Positions 45,058-48,565 of a stretch of 48,565 bases of DNA are shown here, piece after piece. A program made the translations under genes and the position numbers. The notes under the pieces are model-generated. The model was not told the DNA's origin. It searched no databases and worked only from the letters and a program-made list of their open reading frames with translations. The stretch is from Azolla caroliniana (lineage: Eukaryota; Plantae; Polypodiophyta), in contig JBHGNT010000226.1 of the NCBI GenBank assembly GCA_043228905.1, positions 1 to 48,565 on the forward strand, given 5' to 3'. The number at the start of each line of letters is the position of its first letter. Position 1 is the stretch's first letter.

Positions 45058-47442
45058 TGTTAGAGCTTAGCTACTAATGTAAACATATGATAAGGATAGA
45101 AGATAGATAAATAAGAAAGGAGAGAGAAAGAAGGGTGCCGATCCACCTAACCACCCCCGAGTGAAGGGATCGGAAATCAAGCCTCGATCGGTGTCCCATA
45201 CCACCGTCGTGGCGTCGAGTCGTACCTGGTGCTGGCGCACTCGTTACAAGAGTTGATCCACCACAATGTCAAAGTCTTGACGTAGTCGATAATGTGTCAA
45301 ATGAGGGTAGCTAGGCCTCATATTTATAGCCAAACCTAAGGCCTCCATGCAAGTTCACACTTGGGCTAATGGGTTGTCTCAATCCCGAGGATTAAAAGTA
45401 ATCCTCCCCTTCTTTACACTCTCGTTTAACCCTCACACTTTATCCACATGTATAGAATACTACGGTAAATTCTCACTACGGGATATTATATGGTCATGTT
45501 CATAACATACTTTAAAATATTGCACTCTTGCAATGGAAAGTTAGGGAAGTTAGTTCTAAGAGTATTTTCCCGTTTCCATGTGGCATCTTTTAATAATGGA
45601 CTTATCCATCCATTTAATTTTAATTTCTCGGATTACTTTAGAATACAAATTTTTTGTTTTAATATCAAGAATTCTTTCTGGTACATGTGGTTTAGAAGAT
45701 AATTCTTCAGAAGTAACCAGAGTTTTAGTTTTCACTGTATTGTCGCCAGAACCAAGAAGTTCTTTTAGATGCCTTACATGAAAAACTGGTTAGATTTCAA
45801 TGCCATCAGGAAGAGTGAGATGATAGGCTGATGAACCAATGCATTTGAGGACTGTAAGAGGTCCACAAAACCGTGGGGCTAACTTAGTGCACTTACCTGT
45901 ACACAATGTCTTAGAATTGTGAGGTACACGTAAAAATACTTTCTGTCCAAGGTTGAATAGACGAGGTTGCCTATTATGATCAACATAGAAACACGCTATA
46001 TCTTGAGTTGTTTTTATATTATCTCGTGCAATATGCAACATATCTTGCATATCCCGAAGAAAGTTTTGCGTAATTTGCAACTCATCATGATCTATATTAA
46101 CATCAATCGGGCTCGTGGCTGAAACCCATACATCAACATAGAAGGACTATATCCCGTCGATGTATGCTTGGAGCTGTTATAAGCAAACTCCAAAATTGGG
46201 AGATAACGTTCCCATTTTGTTGGTTTTCTACCAGCACATGCACGGAGCATGTCCTCAATAATTTGATTTACTCATTCTTTCTGTCCATCGTATTGAGGAC
46301 GATCCGTGGAGCTCATGCTCAATGTAGTTTCTAACTTCTTAAAGACTTGCGTCCAAAAGTCGCTAGTAAACTTTGGATCTCGATCACTCACGATATCCAT
46401 CGGTAACCCATAAAATTGAAATAGCTTGTCAACGAATTGGTAAGCTAATTCAGGAACTGTTACCGTGGTTTTAGTAACAATAAATCTGGCCATTTAAGTT
46501 AGTCGATCAACCACAACCCATATGGCATTATGGCCTTTTTGGGTGTAAGGAAGGCTAACAATAAAATCCATTGATATACTTCCCACTTATTGGGAATGTC
46601 GAAGGGATGTAAAAGTTTTGCGGCTTTAAGTCGCTCGACTTTGTTAACCTGACACTGGTGACACTTAGTCACATAACTATGTATGTCAGGACGCATCTTA
46701 GGCTAATAGAATTGAGTGGAGATAAGAATGAGTGTACGATGTATTCCAGGGTGCCCTGCTAAGGGTGCATCATGGCATTAAAAAAGAATTCTCTTTTTGA
46801 CCTCACGCAAATTTGGAACACAAACCTTCCCATTACGGTAGAGCAAACTGTTAGCAATGTGGAAGGATTCCTTCGAGGATGTGGTGGTGTCTGTTCCAGA
46901 CTCAACTCTTGCCCAATATTTTTCAAAATAACTGTCATCAAGATACTTTCCTCGAAGGTGATACGACAACGTACGAAATGTCGTTTTAGGAACATCTTCC
47001 TCACTTATACGAATTTGATGGTAGCCCGTACGGAGATCAAGTTTCGTAAAATACCGAGCTCCCTAGAGATGGTCAATTAGATCGTCAGCCCATGGCAATG
47101 GATATGAATTCTTGATCGTCACTTTATTCAAGCGTCGGTAATTAATACACATAAACCGTGTGCACTCTTTCTTTTTTACCAAGAGAACAGGTGCACCCCA
47201 TGGAGATTTACTATAACGTATATAACCCATTTGTAAATAGTCCTTGAGTTGCTTAGATACCTCATCCTCTTCGGATCGACTTAAGTGATAAGGAGGTATA
47301 CTTATTGGTGCAACACCAGGTACAATATTTATACGATGGTCTATATTACGTTTAAGAGGTAACCCATGTGGTTCACTCGGAAAAACATCACGACGATAAT
47401 TTAAGGTTTCATCGAGTTGTTGTTGTTCAAAATATGATAATT
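45058..47442 (-). mobile_element. Degenerate chromoviral Gypsy-5 (3' LTR 45058-45507; INT plus chromodomain-like; RT N-terminus; internal deletion)
   Basis: TGTTA..TAACA LTR; [27 protein letters not shown] start; IVSDRDPKFTSDFW; KLAPRFCGP; VFHV; PERILD..DATW. Confidence 0.85.
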
Positions 47443-47681
47443 TGTTGGGAATTCAGTCCCTCTGGATGGGATCCGAATGAGATCCGGACGAGCCGAAGGA
47501 AGGAATTGGACCGGACAAATCCGGTTCACACACCGGATCCAGGGACATATCTGTAAATATGTTTCTAGTGTGCCTATCATGGCCACATTTGTAAATAGTC
47601 CAAAAGTCATATAAGTATAAATATGACTTAGAGCAATCCGTTTATAACGAGTTGTTGTCATTATTTGTTGTATAGAGGTTT

Positions 47682-47725
<44 letters not shown>

Positions 47726-48565
47726 CAGAAAGTCTTTCTGTTATTACCTCTGGTTAGCGAAGGCATAGAGCTCGAGGTTGTTGCCTCTGAGTCTACTATT
47801 GTACCCCTTTTCTCTTATAGTGATAGTTGGAGTCTGTGGGCTTCTGTGGTTTTTCCCTATTTGGGTTTTCCACGTAAACATCCGTTGTCCTCTCTGTTAT
47901 CTGTGTAAGTGTATTAATCTCCATTTCTGCTTTGTTCTTCCATTGAGTTTAAGACTCAGTTGTGGCCGAGTGCTATTCCGCACAAACTGGTATCAGAGCA
48001 AAGGTTCTAAACCTTGAAGAAAATGGAAGAGTCATTTGGAAGCATGTTCAAGCTCACCGGCTCCAACTACCCAGTGTGGAAGTCAAAGAGGAGCGACATG
48101 CTCGTGGTCAAAGATCTGTGGGTGCTAGTACAGTTTGGTGACAAGAAACTAGACAAGATCGATGCCACAACGTGGGAGGTGATGCCCATGAAGATGACAA
48201 CATACATCTAGTGCTTCATTGACAAGAGCTTGTACAATAACTTTAATGAAGAAAGTAAGGCTCATGTGCTCTGGGAGAAAATCAGTACCATGCTGGAGAG
48301 CAAGAATGTCGTAAATTGGGTGTTGGTATTCCAAAAATTAGTGAGACTCCGATACCAAGACAAATCCAACATGACGGAGCACATGAATGCATTCTAGGGG
48401 CTCATAAATCAAACAACCTTGTTGGAAGTACCTCTAGCCGATGAGGTACTCACGTTGCTGTTGCTCGGTTCCCTCCCGGATAGTTGGGAGACACTAGTTG
48501 TCACTTTGGACAATGCCGAGACGGAAGGAAAACAGTTGTCCCTAGCAAGGGTAAAATCAAGCTTG
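47443..48565 (+). mobile_element. Copia C 5' end (LTR 47443-47984, Met-i PBS 47988-47999, gag from 48023), runs off the window
   Basis: TGTTGGG start; TGGTATCAGAGC; gag MEESFGSMFKLTGSNY homologous to Copia A gag; inserted in Gypsy-5 pol. Confidence 0.92.

Overview
Plant nuclear DNA, probably from a non-seed land plant (inferred from Tcn1-like chromovirus, Phygy/Selgy-like and fungal-like Gypsy types). It is dominated by nested LTR retrotransposons around one intact, intronless host gene encoding a BSD-domain protein (33394-34923, minus). Left cluster: a young Gypsy (205-10159, 418-bp LTRs, TSD GTTTC, gag-pol plus a ~907-aa extra ORF) sits in the gag of a second Gypsy (tRNA-Trp PBS, LTR 11429-12242), which abuts a degenerate DNA-transposon-like ORF. 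A Tnt1/Tork-like Copia B (19666-24964, TSD AGTAT) sits in the 3' LTR of related Copia A (14572-25341, TSD GTTTG), which sits in the LTR of an older Copia. A Gypsy remnant, a degenerate Copia, a LINE fragment inside a (GA)n tract and a MITE follow. Right cluster: a degenerate Gypsy (tRNA-Ala PBS) is interrupted by a rearranged Tcn1-like chromovirus, two Copia-A-family solo/partial LTRs and a minus-strand chromovirus, which is itself hit by Copia C at the window edge. Most intriguing signals: antisense tRNA-like A/B-box cassettes in the LTRs of two unrelated Gypsy families; a conserved covarying hairpin replacing the polypurine tract in one Gypsy lineage; a large non-Env extra ORF; strong CCGG enrichment across unrelated young elements; and a capsid-region swap between Copia A and B. 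All coordinates and counts were read by eye.
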